Origin: an uncultured Thermoplasmata archaeon
Lineage (GTDB): Archaea; Thermoplasmatota; Thermoplasmata; RBG-16-68-12
Length of the DNA: 64,000 nt
NCBI GenBank assembly: GCA_963768855.1
Contig: CAVYJM010000006.1
Span: 160,001 to 224,000 of the forward strand
Reading direction: 5' to 3'
The notes under the pieces are model-generated. The model had not been told where the DNA came from, ran no database searches, and saw only the letters and a program-made list of their open reading frames with translations. This document shows, piece by piece, positions 25,649 through 35,527 of this stretch. How positions within the stretch are numbered: position 1 is the stretch's first letter; each line of letters starts with the position of its first letter. A program made the position numbers and the translations under genes.

Positions 25649-25990
25649 ATGACCTTCCGACGCGTGTCCATCTCGACCCGGGTCTTCTCGAGGCGCAGCT
25701 CCGTCCTGACGTGGATCAACCGCCGTCCCGTCCTCGTGGCCAAAGTCGGGGACGAGATCTACGCGATGGATGCGGTCTGCGCCCACATGGGTTGCGCTCT
25801 CCTTACTGAGGTGAGTGGCCCGCAGGTCACGTGCCCCGCCCATGAGGCGGTCTGGGACGTCCGAACGGGGGCGTTGGTCTCCGAGCCGAAGATCAAGCCC
25901 GAGATGCCCTGCGAGGAGGAAGGTCTCAAGGCCCCTCTGCGGACGTATCCGGCTCGCGAGCACGACGGCTTCGTCGAAATCGACATCTGA
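25649..25990 (+). CDS. Rieske [2Fe-2S] ferredoxin
   Basis: CAHMGC...CPAH. Confidence 0.9.
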   Translation: MTFRRVSISTRVFSRRSSVLTWINRRPVLVAKVGDEIYAMDAVCAHMGCALLTEVSGPQVTCPAHEAVWDVRTGALVSEPKIKPEMPCEEEGLKAPLRTYPAREHDGFVEIDI

Positions 25991-26024
25991 CGGACGGGAG
26001 AGACGCTCGCCTCGGGCTACCGGC

Positions 26025-26888
26025 TCAGATCGGCGTGCCCGTGCTGGTCACGAGCTCCCGGTACGCCTTCATGAGCGCCTTCGTCTGCGACCCTGGCTTG
26101 CCGTCGCCGATCTGCCGGCCGTCCACCTCGACCACGGGACCGATCTCCGCGGCCGTGCCCGTGATGAACGCCTCTTCCGAGGCCCAGACATCGTACAAGG
26201 TGAAGAGCCGCTCCTCCGACTTCAGCCCGATCTGGGGCGCGAGCTCGAGGATCGTCTCCCGCGTGACGCCCGGCAGGTTCGTCGAAGACCAGGGCGTGGT
26301 CACGGTGTGGTTGCGGACGATGAAGAAATTGTCCGCGGTCGCCTCGGAGACATAGCCGTGGATGTCGAGCATGAGGGCCTCGTCGGCCCCGTACTGGTTC
26401 GCCTCGACGCGGGCCATGATGTTGTTCAGGTAGTTGAGCGACTTGATCGAGGGGCTCAGGCTCTGCGGGGGGACGCGGCGGTACGAGGAGGTCACGACCT
26501 TCATGCCCCGCTCGTAGACCTTGCCGTACAGGCTGATCTGGGGCTGGGCGATGATGACGACGCTCGATCCCTTCTTGCACTTGCGCGGGTCGAGTCCCAG
26601 GTCCCCCGGGCCGCGCGTCACGACGGGACGGATGTAGCCGTCGTGGATGTCGTTCTTGCGGCACGCCTCGACGATGAGCGCCGCCATCTCCTCCTTCGTA
26701 TGCGGGATCTTGAGGTCGATGGCCTTCGCGCTGTTGAAGAGCCGGTCCATATGGCGGTCGAGCTTGAAGATCCGCCCGTTGTACGCGCGGATCCCCTCGA
26801 AGACGCCGTCCCCATAGAGGAGACCGTGGTCGAAGACGCTGATCTTCGCCTCCGACTGAGGGTAGAACTTGCCGTCGACGTAGACCAT
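26025..26888 (-). CDS. ilvE: Branched-chain amino acid aminotransferase
   Basis: DHGLLYGDGVFEGIR, KSLNYL, LPGVTR, TGTAAE; start may be TTG at 26897. Confidence 0.95.
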   Translation of the reverse strand: MVYVDGKFYPQSEAKISVFDHGLLYGDGVFEGIRAYNGRIFKLDRHMDRLFNSAKAIDLKIPHTKEEMAALIVEACRKNDIHDGYIRPVVTRGPGDLGLDPRKCKKGSSVVIIAQPQISLYGKVYERGMKVVTSSYRRVPPQSLSPSIKSLNYLNNIMARVEANQYGADEALMLDIHGYVSEATADNFFIVRNHTVTTPWSSTNLPGVTRETILELAPQIGLKSEERLFTLYDVWASEEAFITGTAAEIGPVVEVDGRQIGDGKPGSQTKALMKAYRELVTSTGTPI

Positions 26889-26965
26889 GAGTTCCAAGGC
26901 TGGAGCCCCCAACGGGCCTCGATAACAACGCACCCGCTAAAAGCGTTTTGCGGGAATCGGACGTC

Positions 26966-27880
26966 TCACCGGAACCGCTCGCCCGTGAGCCGCTCGAACA
27001 GCCCGACGTACAGGTCCGAGACTTGTCTTACGACGTCGTCCGGGAGGGCGGGGATGTCCGGCTCCGGCTTCTTCCCCGCGCGGGCGTCCATGAGCGCCTG
27101 GTGGTACCCGGTCTTCCGGTAGTACTGGCGGACGAACTCCTTGCTGAGCTCGACGTGCTCCCCCTTCGCGTACGCCTCGGCGTCCCACCATCGGTCCTCG
27201 TCGGCGGTGCCGAACGTGTCGATCAACATGAGCGCGCGTTCCCTGTCCATCGCGAACTCCTTCTTCCCGTCCACATGGATCAGGCCGCGCCTCTTCACGT
27301 CCGCGTTGATCTTCGCGTCGATCTTGAGGACCGCCGACACGAGGTCGTCGTACTCGCGCTCGGAGAGCTTCGAGATCTCGAGGGCCTCCTCCCTTGTGAG
27401 CTCGCGGTCCACCTTCTCCAGTTTCGTCGTGACCTCGACGAACGGCTCGGGGAACGGCTCTCCGTAGGCGGGCACGTGTCCCTTCGGGAAACCGACGTCC
27501 TCCGGGCGCACCTTGCCCGATTTCAGGCGGTCGTGCATCGAGCCCGCGACGTAGTAGCGCGCGATGACCTCGAGCGGGATGAGGAAGTTCCTCGTCGTCG
27601 GGGTGATCCGGTCGTAGTCCGGGATGACCTGGACGCGCTTCACGCGCATCTTGTTGGGCCCGCTCACCCGCAGAAAGTGGGTGCGGAGGCCCAGGTCCTT
27701 CACCACCTGGAACCAGTGGGCCGACGTGCGGCAGAGAGTCTCTCCCTTGTACGGGATCAGGCTGGGGATGACCTTGTCGAAGACGCTGATCTGGTCTGTG
27801 AAGACGAACTCGAGTTCGTCGGCGGCGACCTCGTAGACTTCCTTGACCTTGCCCTTCCGTAGGAACTTCATCGGCTCCAC
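26966..27880 (-). CDS. purC: SAICAR synthetase
   Basis: GKVKEVY, TDQISVFD, KG, PLEVIARYY.AGS, TTKLE, DGKKEF, SKEFVR. Confidence 0.95.
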   Translation of the reverse strand: MEPMKFLRKGKVKEVYEVAADELEFVFTDQISVFDKVIPSLIPYKGETLCRTSAHWFQVVKDLGLRTHFLRVSGPNKMRVKRVQVIPDYDRITPTTRNFLIPLEVIARYYVAGSMHDRLKSGKVRPEDVGFPKGHVPAYGEPFPEPFVEVTTKLEKVDRELTREEALEISKLSEREYDDLVSAVLKIDAKINADVKRRGLIHVDGKKEFAMDRERALMLIDTFGTADEDRWWDAEAYAKGEHVELSKEFVRQYYRKTGYHQALMDARAGKKPEPDIPALPDDVVRQVSDLYVGLFERLTGERFR

Positions 27881-27908
27881 CCCGGCGCGGCAGATGGAGC
27901 CGTCGTTT

Positions 27909-28466
27909 TTAGGGCTTGTGGTATTCGATGCGGGCTGCGACCTCGTCCGCGAGCTGACCGTCGAAGTACTTCCTCAGCAGATGGAGTCCGAGGTCTATCG
28001 ACGCGGTCACGCCCCCGGACGTTGTGACGAGGCCGTCCTCCACGACGCGATCCTCGACGACCGTTGCCACGTCCCGCAGCTCGTCGCGCGCGGTGTGGTG
28101 GGTCGTGACCCGGCGGCCCGCGAGCAGGCCAGCCGCCTTTAGGATGACCGCCCCTGTGCAGACGCTCGCGATGGGCTTCTCCGTGCCGAAGGCGAGGAGT
28201 TCGTCCAGGAGGCCGGGGTCCTTCATGACCTCCTTGTAACCGAGGCCGCCAGGCACGACGAGGAGGTCCAGATCGTCGAAATCCGCGCGGACGTCGTGGG
28301 CGAGCATTTTCATCCCGAGGGCCGCGGTAATCGTCTCCTTCCGCGCCCGAGTGCGGACGATCAGGTCGAGCTGCGGATGGAGTTGCTTCGCCTTCGCGAG
28401 GACCTCGTAGACGCCCATCGCGTCGAGCTCCTCGACGCCATCGAAGAGGAGGATGCCCACCCGCAT
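27909..28466 (-). CDS. DJ-1/PfpI family protein
   Basis: GVEELDA, VPGG.G, SVCTGA, TSGGV. Confidence 0.92.
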   Translation of the reverse strand: MRVGILLFDGVEELDAMGVYEVLAKAKQLHPQLDLIVRTRARKETITAALGMKMLAHDVRADFDDLDLLVVPGGLGYKEVMKDPGLLDELLAFGTEKPIASVCTGAVILKAAGLLAGRRVTTHHTARDELRDVATVVEDRVVEDGLVTTSGGVTASIDLGLHLLRKYFDGQLADEVAARIEYHKP

Positions 28467-28493
28467 GCGGACCGTGGTTGGCGGGAAGCCTAC

Positions 28494-29150
28494 TTAGTCC
28501 TTTTCATCCGCTTTCGTTGCGTGCAACGCACCCTTGTCGACGAGCCACTGCCGCGCGTCGACGTAGTCGCGGGGCTCGAAGTCCACGTGGTCCCGCAGCT
28601 TGCCGTTCGAGTTGATCCCCATCCGGACGCCAGCCTCCCTCAGGAGCGGCACGTCCATGAGGCCGTCGCCGAAGGCGAGGATGTCCTCCTTGGGGACGCT
28701 CCACCGCGACGCGAGCCCGCGGACGATATCGCCCTTCAGCCGTGGGCTCACCTGCACGCGCACGTCGCCGGTGAATGTGCCCGCCTCGTACACGAACTCG
28801 TTGCTGAAGATCGCGTCCGCCTCGAAGAGGACCATCGCGGCCTCCGCGACCTCTCGCGGACCGCCCGTCACGATCGCCACCTTGTTCCCTTGAGAGCGGA
28901 GCCAGTGGACGAACTCCTGGGCCCCCGGAACGGGACGCAGATGGCGCGCGGCGCGCAGGACCTGCGACTGGCTGAGCCCGCCGAGCAACTGGGCGCGCAG
29001 GCGGAACCCCTGCTCCCAGTCGATCCGGCCGTCGATCCCCGCCCGCGTGATCTCCGCGACCTCGTCCTCCTTTCCTAGCAAAGAGGCAAGTTCCGGCAGG
29101 AATTCATTGAAAATCAATGTATTTTCGAGGTCAAATACAACGAGTTTCAC
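28494..29150 (-). CDS. serB: Phosphoserine phosphatase-like HAD hydrolase
   Basis: VFDLENTL, VTGG, K, GDGLMD. Confidence 0.8.
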   Translation of the reverse strand: MKLVVFDLENTLIFNEFLPELASLLGKEDEVAEITRAGIDGRIDWEQGFRLRAQLLGGLSQSQVLRAARHLRPVPGAQEFVHWLRSQGNKVAIVTGGPREVAEAAMVLFEADAIFSNEFVYEAGTFTGDVRVQVSPRLKGDIVRGLASRWSVPKEDILAFGDGLMDVPLLREAGVRMGINSNGKLRDHVDFEPRDYVDARQWLVDKGALHATKADEKD

Positions 29151-29259
29151 GACGACGGCCTTCGGCTCCCTGAGACAACCGGTCCTATAAATGCCCTCCG
29201 GGTCCGGAGAGCTCCTCGATTTCGGCTGGCTTAAACGTGGCGCCTCGGTCCGCAGGAGG

Positions 29260-30006
29260 TCAGAAGACCTCCATGTCCCCGTGGACCTCGAGGCCCTGGT
29301 CCGTTATGCTGTAGGGCTTGATGGATCGCGGGTGCTGGAGCCGCCGCATCTTCATGACCTGGATGACCAGCTGGACGTCGCCGTTCTCACGCTCGTTGAA
29401 CCGGAGGCCGATCACGCCGTCCGAGACGTACTCGACGAGGCCGTCCCGGCTGCTCCGAGGGTTGTCGTCCTTCACCTCGGCGGTGAAGATGCAGGTCGCC
29501 CCCGTGGTCTTGAGCTGTTGGCACAGGCCGAACAGGCGCGCGCGCCTCTCGTTGTCGTCCCCGAACATCATGTTCAGGAGGCTGACCGAGTCGACGACCA
29601 CGCGGGTCGCGTTGAACTTCTTGATGAACTCCGGGAGCTCGGAGCGGACGCGAGTGACCGTCGCCTTGGCGTCGGCGGGCTCGAGCTTGATGATGGCCAG
29701 TTTCTTGTCCTTCAGGTGGGGCCGGAGGTCCCAGCCGAACGAGGCGGCGTTCGCCGTGATCGATTCGACGTCCTCCTCCAGGGAGATGAAGATGCCCTTC
29801 TCCCCGTTGATCAGACCCTGCATGAGGAACTGCATCCCGAAGGTCGTCTTGCCCGTCCCGAAGGAGCCCATGACCGTGATGATGTGCCCGCGGGGCACGC
29901 CCCCGCCGAGCATCTCGTCCAGGCCGTCGATCCCCGTGAGCACGAGGTCTACGCCGGTCGTCGCCGTCTCCGCGTCCTTCTGGGGTGCCGCTTCCGTCTC
30001 GGTCAT
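29260..30006 (-). CDS. KaiC/RAD55-like RecA-superfamily ATPase
   Basis: TGIDGLD.MLGGG, Walker A GSFGTGKT, VVVDS, KMR. Confidence 0.92.
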   Translation of the reverse strand: MTETEAAPQKDAETATTGVDLVLTGIDGLDEMLGGGVPRGHIITVMGSFGTGKTTFGMQFLMQGLINGEKGIFISLEEDVESITANAASFGWDLRPHLKDKKLAIIKLEPADAKATVTRVRSELPEFIKKFNATRVVVDSVSLLNMMFGDDNERRARLFGLCQQLKTTGATCIFTAEVKDDNPRSSRDGLVEYVSDGVIGLRFNERENGDVQLVIQVMKMRRLQHPRSIKPYSITDQGLEVHGDMEVF

Positions 30007-30015
30007 CTGATCACC

Positions 30016-30912
30016 TCACGAGATGCGCTCCATGTAGACGACGACCAGCCCCTGGTTCGCCGAGATCATCGTCGGGAACCGCGCGATCTTGTCGCGGGGC
30101 AGATGGGGCAGGACGCCCGTGAACTTCTCCAGGTACATGTACCGCTGCCGGGTCGAGGACCGCTGGGACGTCTTCCACTCGAACACGAGGCAGCCGTCCG
30201 TCGAGTCCATGAGCATCTGTTCGTACCGCGGCTCCAGGATCCCGTTCGTGAGGAGCAGGTACACGAGGCCATCCCACTTCTTCGCCGCGCGCTGGAGGCC
30301 CTTGACCGTCGTCACGAGGTCCCGCATCTCGACCGCTTCGGAGACCGCGAGGTCCGTGATCGAGTCGATGACGACCATGGAGCCCTGGCCTTCCTCTTCG
30401 AGGAAGGTGACGAGCTCCTCTAGGATGTTCGTCGACGGCAGGTCGAAGGCGTCCTGGTGCGTCCAGCTCTGGGGCACGACGGAATGACGGTAGTACGTGG
30501 AGGAGAAGTCCTTGAAGATCGTCCGGTCACGGAAGGCGTAGAAGTACTCCGAGTTGAAGGAGGTCGCCAGCTCCGTGAGGACCGTCTCGCGGGACCGGGA
30601 GAACGTCACGTAGGCGATCTTGGAGGGCAGGTCGGACGTGTCGCAGTGGTCGCCGAGGTAGTAATGCCAGGAGCTCGGGCGCTCGTTCACGATCGCGATC
30701 TTGGACGCGGCCGTGTACGCGAACTCCTGCATCCCTGCGCCGATGTCCCCCTTCAAGAGGACCGTGGAGCCGCTGGGGAACCCGCCGTCCACGATACTGT
30801 CCAGGTCCGCGATGCCCGTCGGGACCTTGCGGATTACGATCGGTTCGTCCCTCGTCTCCTCGGACGGGAGAGTGCTCGAGCTAGTCCAAGACTCATCTTC
30901 CGTTAGAGTCAT
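30016..30912 (-). CDS. KaiC/RAD55-like protein with degenerate Walker A
   Basis: PTGI.DLD..VDGGFP, GDIGAGMQ in place of GxxGxGKT, VIDS, EKF. Confidence 0.85.
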   Translation of the reverse strand: MTLTEDESWTSSSTLPSEETRDEPIVIRKVPTGIADLDSIVDGGFPSGSTVLLKGDIGAGMQEFAYTAASKIAIVNERPSSWHYYLGDHCDTSDLPSKIAYVTFSRSRETVLTELATSFNSEYFYAFRDRTIFKDFSSTYYRHSVVPQSWTHQDAFDLPSTNILEELVTFLEEEGQGSMVVIDSITDLAVSEAVEMRDLVTTVKGLQRAAKKWDGLVYLLLTNGILEPRYEQMLMDSTDGCLVFEWKTSQRSSTRQRYMYLEKFTGVLPHLPRDKIARFPTMISANQGLVVVYMERIS

Positions 30913-31144
30913 CCCACTCGAGTCTCGCGAAGCGGTTCGTCGACATAAAGGCTTTTTGTAAAGGGTAGGAACGCAGTGGATCGGCATCGTCGCGGACCTA
31001 CCTCGGTGCCCCCTCGACTTTCATCTGTCACGTGCGATAATATCTCAAGAACCCGCGCGCGAGCGCGCGTGGGTCGGGGCGTTGTGGCCCGGAAAAATCC
31101 GAGAAACCTTATGACCGAGGTCGCCCTAGGCGCCCGGGACCCGG

Positions 31145-31990
31145 ATGGAAAGGGCCGCTTCTTTGTCAAACATCACGCGGTTCGCGCGGGTGGTGGACCA
31201 GCCCGAGTCGTCCCTCGACCTCGGGGAGGCCGCCCTGCTCATCGCGGAGGACGCACACCCGGGCCTCGACATCGCCGGCTACCTGAAGCGGCTCGACGAG
31301 CTCGCGGAGCCCCTCCGGGACCGCGTGCGTCCGCGGACGTCCCTCTGGGAGCGGGTCCAGACGCTGAACGGCCATCTCTTCGGGGAGCTCGGGTTCCGTG
31401 GCAACGTCGAGGACTACTACGATCCGCGGAACTCGTACCTGAACGAGGTGCTCGACCGGCGCCTTGGCATCCCGATCACGCTGAGCGTCCTCTACATCGA
31501 GGCCGCCCGCCGGATCGGGCTGACCGTCGTCGGGATCGGCCTCCCGGGGCACTTCATCGTCGAGGCCCGCCGGGACACCTCCTCCGTCCTCTTGGACCCC
31601 TTCCAGGGCGGGGAGGCGCTGACCCTGGAGGATTGCGAGCGCCTCGTCCAGGACGTCTACGGTAGCAGCGTCCCGTTCTCCGAGGAGCAGCTCGCCCCGG
31701 TCCGGAAGCGGCAGATCCTCACGCGGATGCTGAACAATCTGAAGAAGAACTACCTGGCCGAGGACGACCCGGGCCGCGCCTGGCCCGTCGTCGAGAAGAT
31801 GCTCTACCTCGACCCGGACAGCGCGCTGGACCACCGGGACCGTGGTCTCCTCGCATACCGGATGAACCGCTTCGCGGAGGCGCGGAGCGACCTGCGCTTC
31901 TACCTCGAGCGGTGCCCGGACGCCCCGGACCGGGTCGCCATCCGGGCCTCCCTGTCTGCGATCGAGGCCATCCTCCAGATGATGGCTTGA
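31145..31990 (+). CDS. SirB1/transglutaminase-like protein with C-terminal TPR
   Basis: YYDPRNSYLN.VLDRR.GIPITLS, GLPGHF, DPF, RMLNNLK, RDRG. Confidence 0.9.
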   Translation: MERAASLSNITRFARVVDQPESSLDLGEAALLIAEDAHPGLDIAGYLKRLDELAEPLRDRVRPRTSLWERVQTLNGHLFGELGFRGNVEDYYDPRNSYLNEVLDRRLGIPITLSVLYIEAARRIGLTVVGIGLPGHFIVEARRDTSSVLLDPFQGGEALTLEDCERLVQDVYGSSVPFSEEQLAPVRKRQILTRMLNNLKKNYLAEDDPGRAWPVVEKMLYLDPDSALDHRDRGLLAYRMNRFAEARSDLRFYLERCPDAPDRVAIRASLSAIEAILQMMA

Positions 31991-32076
31991 GCGCTCCGGA
32001 TCGTGATTATCAGGTCGTGATAGCGACGACGTCAGCTACTTGAAGGCAACCCGGGGTTGGAGGCCCGGGTCGCCCC

Positions 32077-32535
32077 ATGGCCTCGACATCCATCCGCAAC
32101 CCCCTCGCGGGATTCATGCTGGCCGTCCTCGCGTCGCTCGTCCTGACCGCCGTGGCGGGCTTCGCGAGCACGTTCATCCCCTATCTCGAGTTCCGGCTCT
32201 TCTTCCTCGGCTTCGCCCTCTTCGGAGCGGGAGCCTTCGCCGGACGGAAGACGTACCTGGGCTCCCTCGGCTTCGTGGGGTCGTACCTCGGGGCGTTCCT
32301 CGGGTTCTACCTCGTCGAGCAGCTCTTCTGGGTCAACCCCTGGATGGAGCTGCTTGCCCTCGGTCTGGCCGTCTCGGCCGGCCTGGGCGGGTTCATGATG
32401 GGGAAGATTGGCGTGCACCGTCTCGAGCGGCAGCAGCGCGTCACCCCGGCCCTCCGCCGGTGCAGCCGCTGCGGAGCGCGCGTCGGCCTCTCGGCCCGCA
32501 AGTGCTGGTCCTGCAAGGCCTTCCTGACGTACTGA
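32077..32535 (+). CDS. 4-TM membrane protein with C-terminal zinc ribbon
   Basis: Hydrophobic helices followed by CSRC...CWSC. Confidence 0.8.
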   Translation: MASTSIRNPLAGFMLAVLASLVLTAVAGFASTFIPYLEFRLFFLGFALFGAGAFAGRKTYLGSLGFVGSYLGAFLGFYLVEQLFWVNPWMELLALGLAVSAGLGGFMMGKIGVHRLERQQRVTPALRRCSRCGARVGLSARKCWSCKAFLTY

Positions 32536-32572
32536 GCGCGGGGTTTATGGCCCGCGGCCGCGTCGGCGGGCC

Positions 32573-33007
32573 ATGGCGCGCATCGAGAAGAGCGTGATGA
32601 TCGCGGCGGACCCCGAGACGGTCTGGTCCCTGGCCTCCGCGCTGGACCGGGAGCCGGAGATCTGGAAGGGCACGAAGTCCGTGCGCACGCTCTCGTCGGA
32701 CGGGAACGTGCTGGAGCGCGAAGTGACCCTCGCCTTCCGGGACCGGGTCGAACGGGAGCGGGTCCGACTCGAACCCCCGAACCGAGTCGTCCACGAGCTC
32801 TTGGCGGGGCCCATGCGGGGGACGAAGACGGTCTCCGTGACCCCGAAGGGCGACGGGCAGACGGAGCTCACCGCCGTCTACGACGTGAAGCTCGCGGGTC
32901 TGCTCAAGCTCGGGACCGGGCCGTTCACGAAGCATGCCGCCGAAGGCGTCGAACACGCTCTGCAGCGGATCAAAGACATGGCGGAGGGCCGGACGCCCTC
33001 CGCCTGA
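32573..33007 (+). CDS. SRPBCC/START (polyketide cyclase, CoxG-like) protein
   Basis: IEKSV.IAA.PE.VW...EPEIW helix-grip pattern. Confidence 0.85.
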   Translation: MARIEKSVMIAADPETVWSLASALDREPEIWKGTKSVRTLSSDGNVLEREVTLAFRDRVERERVRLEPPNRVVHELLAGPMRGTKTVSVTPKGDGQTELTAVYDVKLAGLLKLGTGPFTKHAAEGVEHALQRIKDMAEGRTPSA

Positions 33008-33010
33008 GGT

Positions 33011-33904
33011 TCAGATCTTCTTCATGCGCCCCAGGATCGGCTCGTAGATCAGTCCCTTGTCCAGGAGGCTGTTGATCGACTCCTCGAGCTTGTCCTTCGA
33101 GACGCCCGCCTTGCCCGCGGAGTCGAGGATGCCCTCCCAGGGGGCGCCCTTGCCGTCCTTGTCGAGGGACGTGATCACCTCGAGGACCTTGTCCTCGTCC
33201 GCGGTCGGCTCCTCGGGCTCCTTCGGCTCCGCCCTCGGGGCGGCCTCCGTCACGGTCGGCTCGGCCTCCTCCGGACGGCCCTCGCGGTACTCCGGCAGGA
33301 GGTACCGCAGGGCCTCCGCGAGCATCGCGGTGTACCGCGAGAGGTCCGCCTTCCCGTAGTGGCCGGTCGCCTGGACGATCCCGTCGGCCAGGGCCTGCTT
33401 GACCCCGACCTGGGCGAGGGCTTCCTTCGTGAGGGGGTCCATCTTCTGGGCCTCCGACATCGCGTCGAGGCGCTTCCGCAGGGAGCGACAGGCCTCCAGG
33501 ATCCAGAAGTCCCGCACGCGCTCGTCGACGGCCTTGATGACCTCGGGGCGGACCGACGTGTACACGGTCCCCGGCTCGGGCGAGTAGACGCGGCTCTTGC
33601 CCACGATCGCGCCGAAGACGGGCGGCTTGAGCTTCGAGAGGGCCGCGGCGGCCTCGGGCTGGTACTGGCCCGCGTACACGTGGAACGTTCCCGTCGGGTC
33701 CGAGACCCGGGCGCGCCACATGGGCTGCATGTCCGTGCCCACGTTCTCGACGTCCGTGATCACGCCGACGACAAAGATGCGGTTCACCTTCGCGCCGAGG
33801 GGCGTGATGACGTAGGAGGGCGCGCGCTCGCCGGTCCCCTCGACCTCGAGGGTGGCGTCGTTGTACTCGCCGGCGAAGAGCCGCCAGGCGACCTCGCGCA
33901 TCAT
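33011..33904 (-). CDS. RPA-associated OB-fold protein with C-terminal wHTH (RPA2-like)
   Basis: REVAWR.FA.E, TPLGAKVNR..VVG, DPTG.F.VYAGQYQP; LL.KG.IYEP; ATGA-coupled to RPA. Confidence 0.85.
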   Translation of the reverse strand: MMREVAWRLFAGEYNDATLEVEGTGERAPSYVITPLGAKVNRIFVVGVITDVENVGTDMQPMWRARVSDPTGTFHVYAGQYQPEAAAALSKLKPPVFGAIVGKSRVYSPEPGTVYTSVRPEVIKAVDERVRDFWILEACRSLRKRLDAMSEAQKMDPLTKEALAQVGVKQALADGIVQATGHYGKADLSRYTAMLAEALRYLLPEYREGRPEEAEPTVTEAAPRAEPKEPEEPTADEDKVLEVITSLDKDGKGAPWEGILDSAGKAGVSKDKLEESINSLLDKGLIYEPILGRMKKI

Positions 33905-35240
33905 GCGGGTCCCTCCATCTGCTCGAGCATCTCACGAGCCTCTGTCTGCACGTCCACGCGGAGCATCTTCGCCGTGTCGACGATCATCATGAGCCCGTAG
34001 TCGTCCGAGGTGACGTTCCCCCGCGCCTCGATGGGCTGGGCCACGAGGAGGTCGGAGAGTTCGTCCCGTACCACGTCGACGGACATGGCCTCCTTCGCCT
34101 GGGCGATCGCCGTGTCGATCGTCTTGTCGAGGAGGGCCTCCGTGAGCTCGCGGTTGAAGACCGCGGTCAGCGCGCCGCTGCCGTCGTCCAGGACGGCCTT
34201 CACGCGCAGGTCCGCCTCGCCCTTCACCTCGCCGTGGATCCGGCACGCGCCCTTCCGCAGGACCCGGCGGCACTCGGGGCAGCGGTACACGAGCCCGGAG
34301 CCCTCGCGCAGGTCGATCAGGATGCCGCGCACGGTGACGTCCACGCCCCCGCCGCGTTCCGCGAGGTCCTCGATCCACATCCGCGGGCTCTCGCCCACCT
34401 TGGCGGACGGCGGCAGGGCGTCGTCTTTGAGCTTTGTGACCGTCGCGCGGTCATCGAAACTGAGCTGGGGGATGCCCCGCCACGATTTGACGTAGGCGCC
34501 CTCGATGCGCAGGACGTCGTCCTCCTGGAGGCCGAAGTCCTTCCACGCGCTGAATTGGCTCTTGCCCGTCTCGTCGGCCAGGACGCCGCTGTGGACGGCC
34601 TTCTTCGCGCCGTCCACCTCGACCTCCCGCGTCTCGACGGACAGGACGCGCGCCGTCACGGCCACGTTCGACGCGCCCTCGCGCAGGTCGACGACCTTCA
34701 TCTCCGTCGGCTTGCCGAGGTAGGGCATGCCGCCTCCGGCCGAGGGCTTGTACTCGGGCAGGGCGTCCGGCTTCTCCTTGGTGACCGCCGTGCGCACCCC
34801 GAAGTTGACCTGGACCTGGCCGCGGTACTCCTTCGTGTAGGCGTTCTGCACGCGGATCACGTCGCCCTTGGTCAGGGTCATGTTCAGCGGCTCCCAGGCC
34901 GTGAAGGGCACTGTGGCGGAGGGGTCCCCGAGGATGCCGTACAGGATCCGCTTCGTGCCGCTGTCCACGGTCACGTCCTTCTCGTTCACGCTCACGATCC
35001 GCGCCAGGAGGTTCACGGACTGCTCCCCCGGCGCGAGCTCGCGGATCGTCTTGTTGATGCCGACCGCGAGGCCGGACGGGTTCCCGCCGTGCTTCTTGAC
35101 GATGGACCGCTTCGCCGTGTCCAGGGAGACGCGATACACGTTGAGGTAGCTGGACAGCTCCTTCTCGATCTCCGATTCGCTCACTTTTCCGCCGAGCGCC
35201 CGGGTGATGTCCTGAACATGGGGCGCTAGTTCTTCTCTCG
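33901..35240 (-). CDS. rpa: Replication protein A (OB folds plus zinc finger)
   Basis: Repeated OB folds (GILGD..TVPFTAW, GVLADETG..QF.AW), CPEC...C.IHG; start codon not resolved. Confidence 0.88.
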
Positions 35241-35389
35241 TAGAATCACGTTCCCGAGGCGTGTCGATTTCTCGCCTCGTTTCTGGGTACACCCCGGCGG
35301 TATAAAGGGTCTCGTCGGGGTGGGTGAAAGTGCATCCTCCGCGGCGCGAAATCCTATTAACCCCCGGTGGTCTCGGCCGGACGGATCGG

Positions 35390-35482
35390 ATGAAGCTCAG
35401 CCGCGACGCCAAGTTCTGGATCGTGGTCGCCCTGGCGTTCATCGCCCTCGGCATCCTGCTGGACCTCTTCGTCGGCTTCTAG
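35390..35482 (+). CDS. 30-aa single-TM microprotein (MKLSRDAKFWIVVALAFIALGILLDLFVGF)
   Basis: Not in the ORF track. ATG about 30 nt after a TATTAA box; clean TM helix. Confidence 0.65.
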   Translation: MKLSRDAKFWIVVALAFIALGILLDLFVGF

Positions 35483-35527
35483 GGCTCACCGCAAAGCTTC
35501 ATCTCGGCCCTCCCCTTCGTCGGGCCC

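Noticed and set aside
29221-29234. TTCGG-CTGG-CTTAA, similar to the candidate DtxR box
   Set aside because: Lies between a KaiC-like gene and serB with no metal link and overlaps a TTTAAG box; may be chance, so it was left out of the regulon
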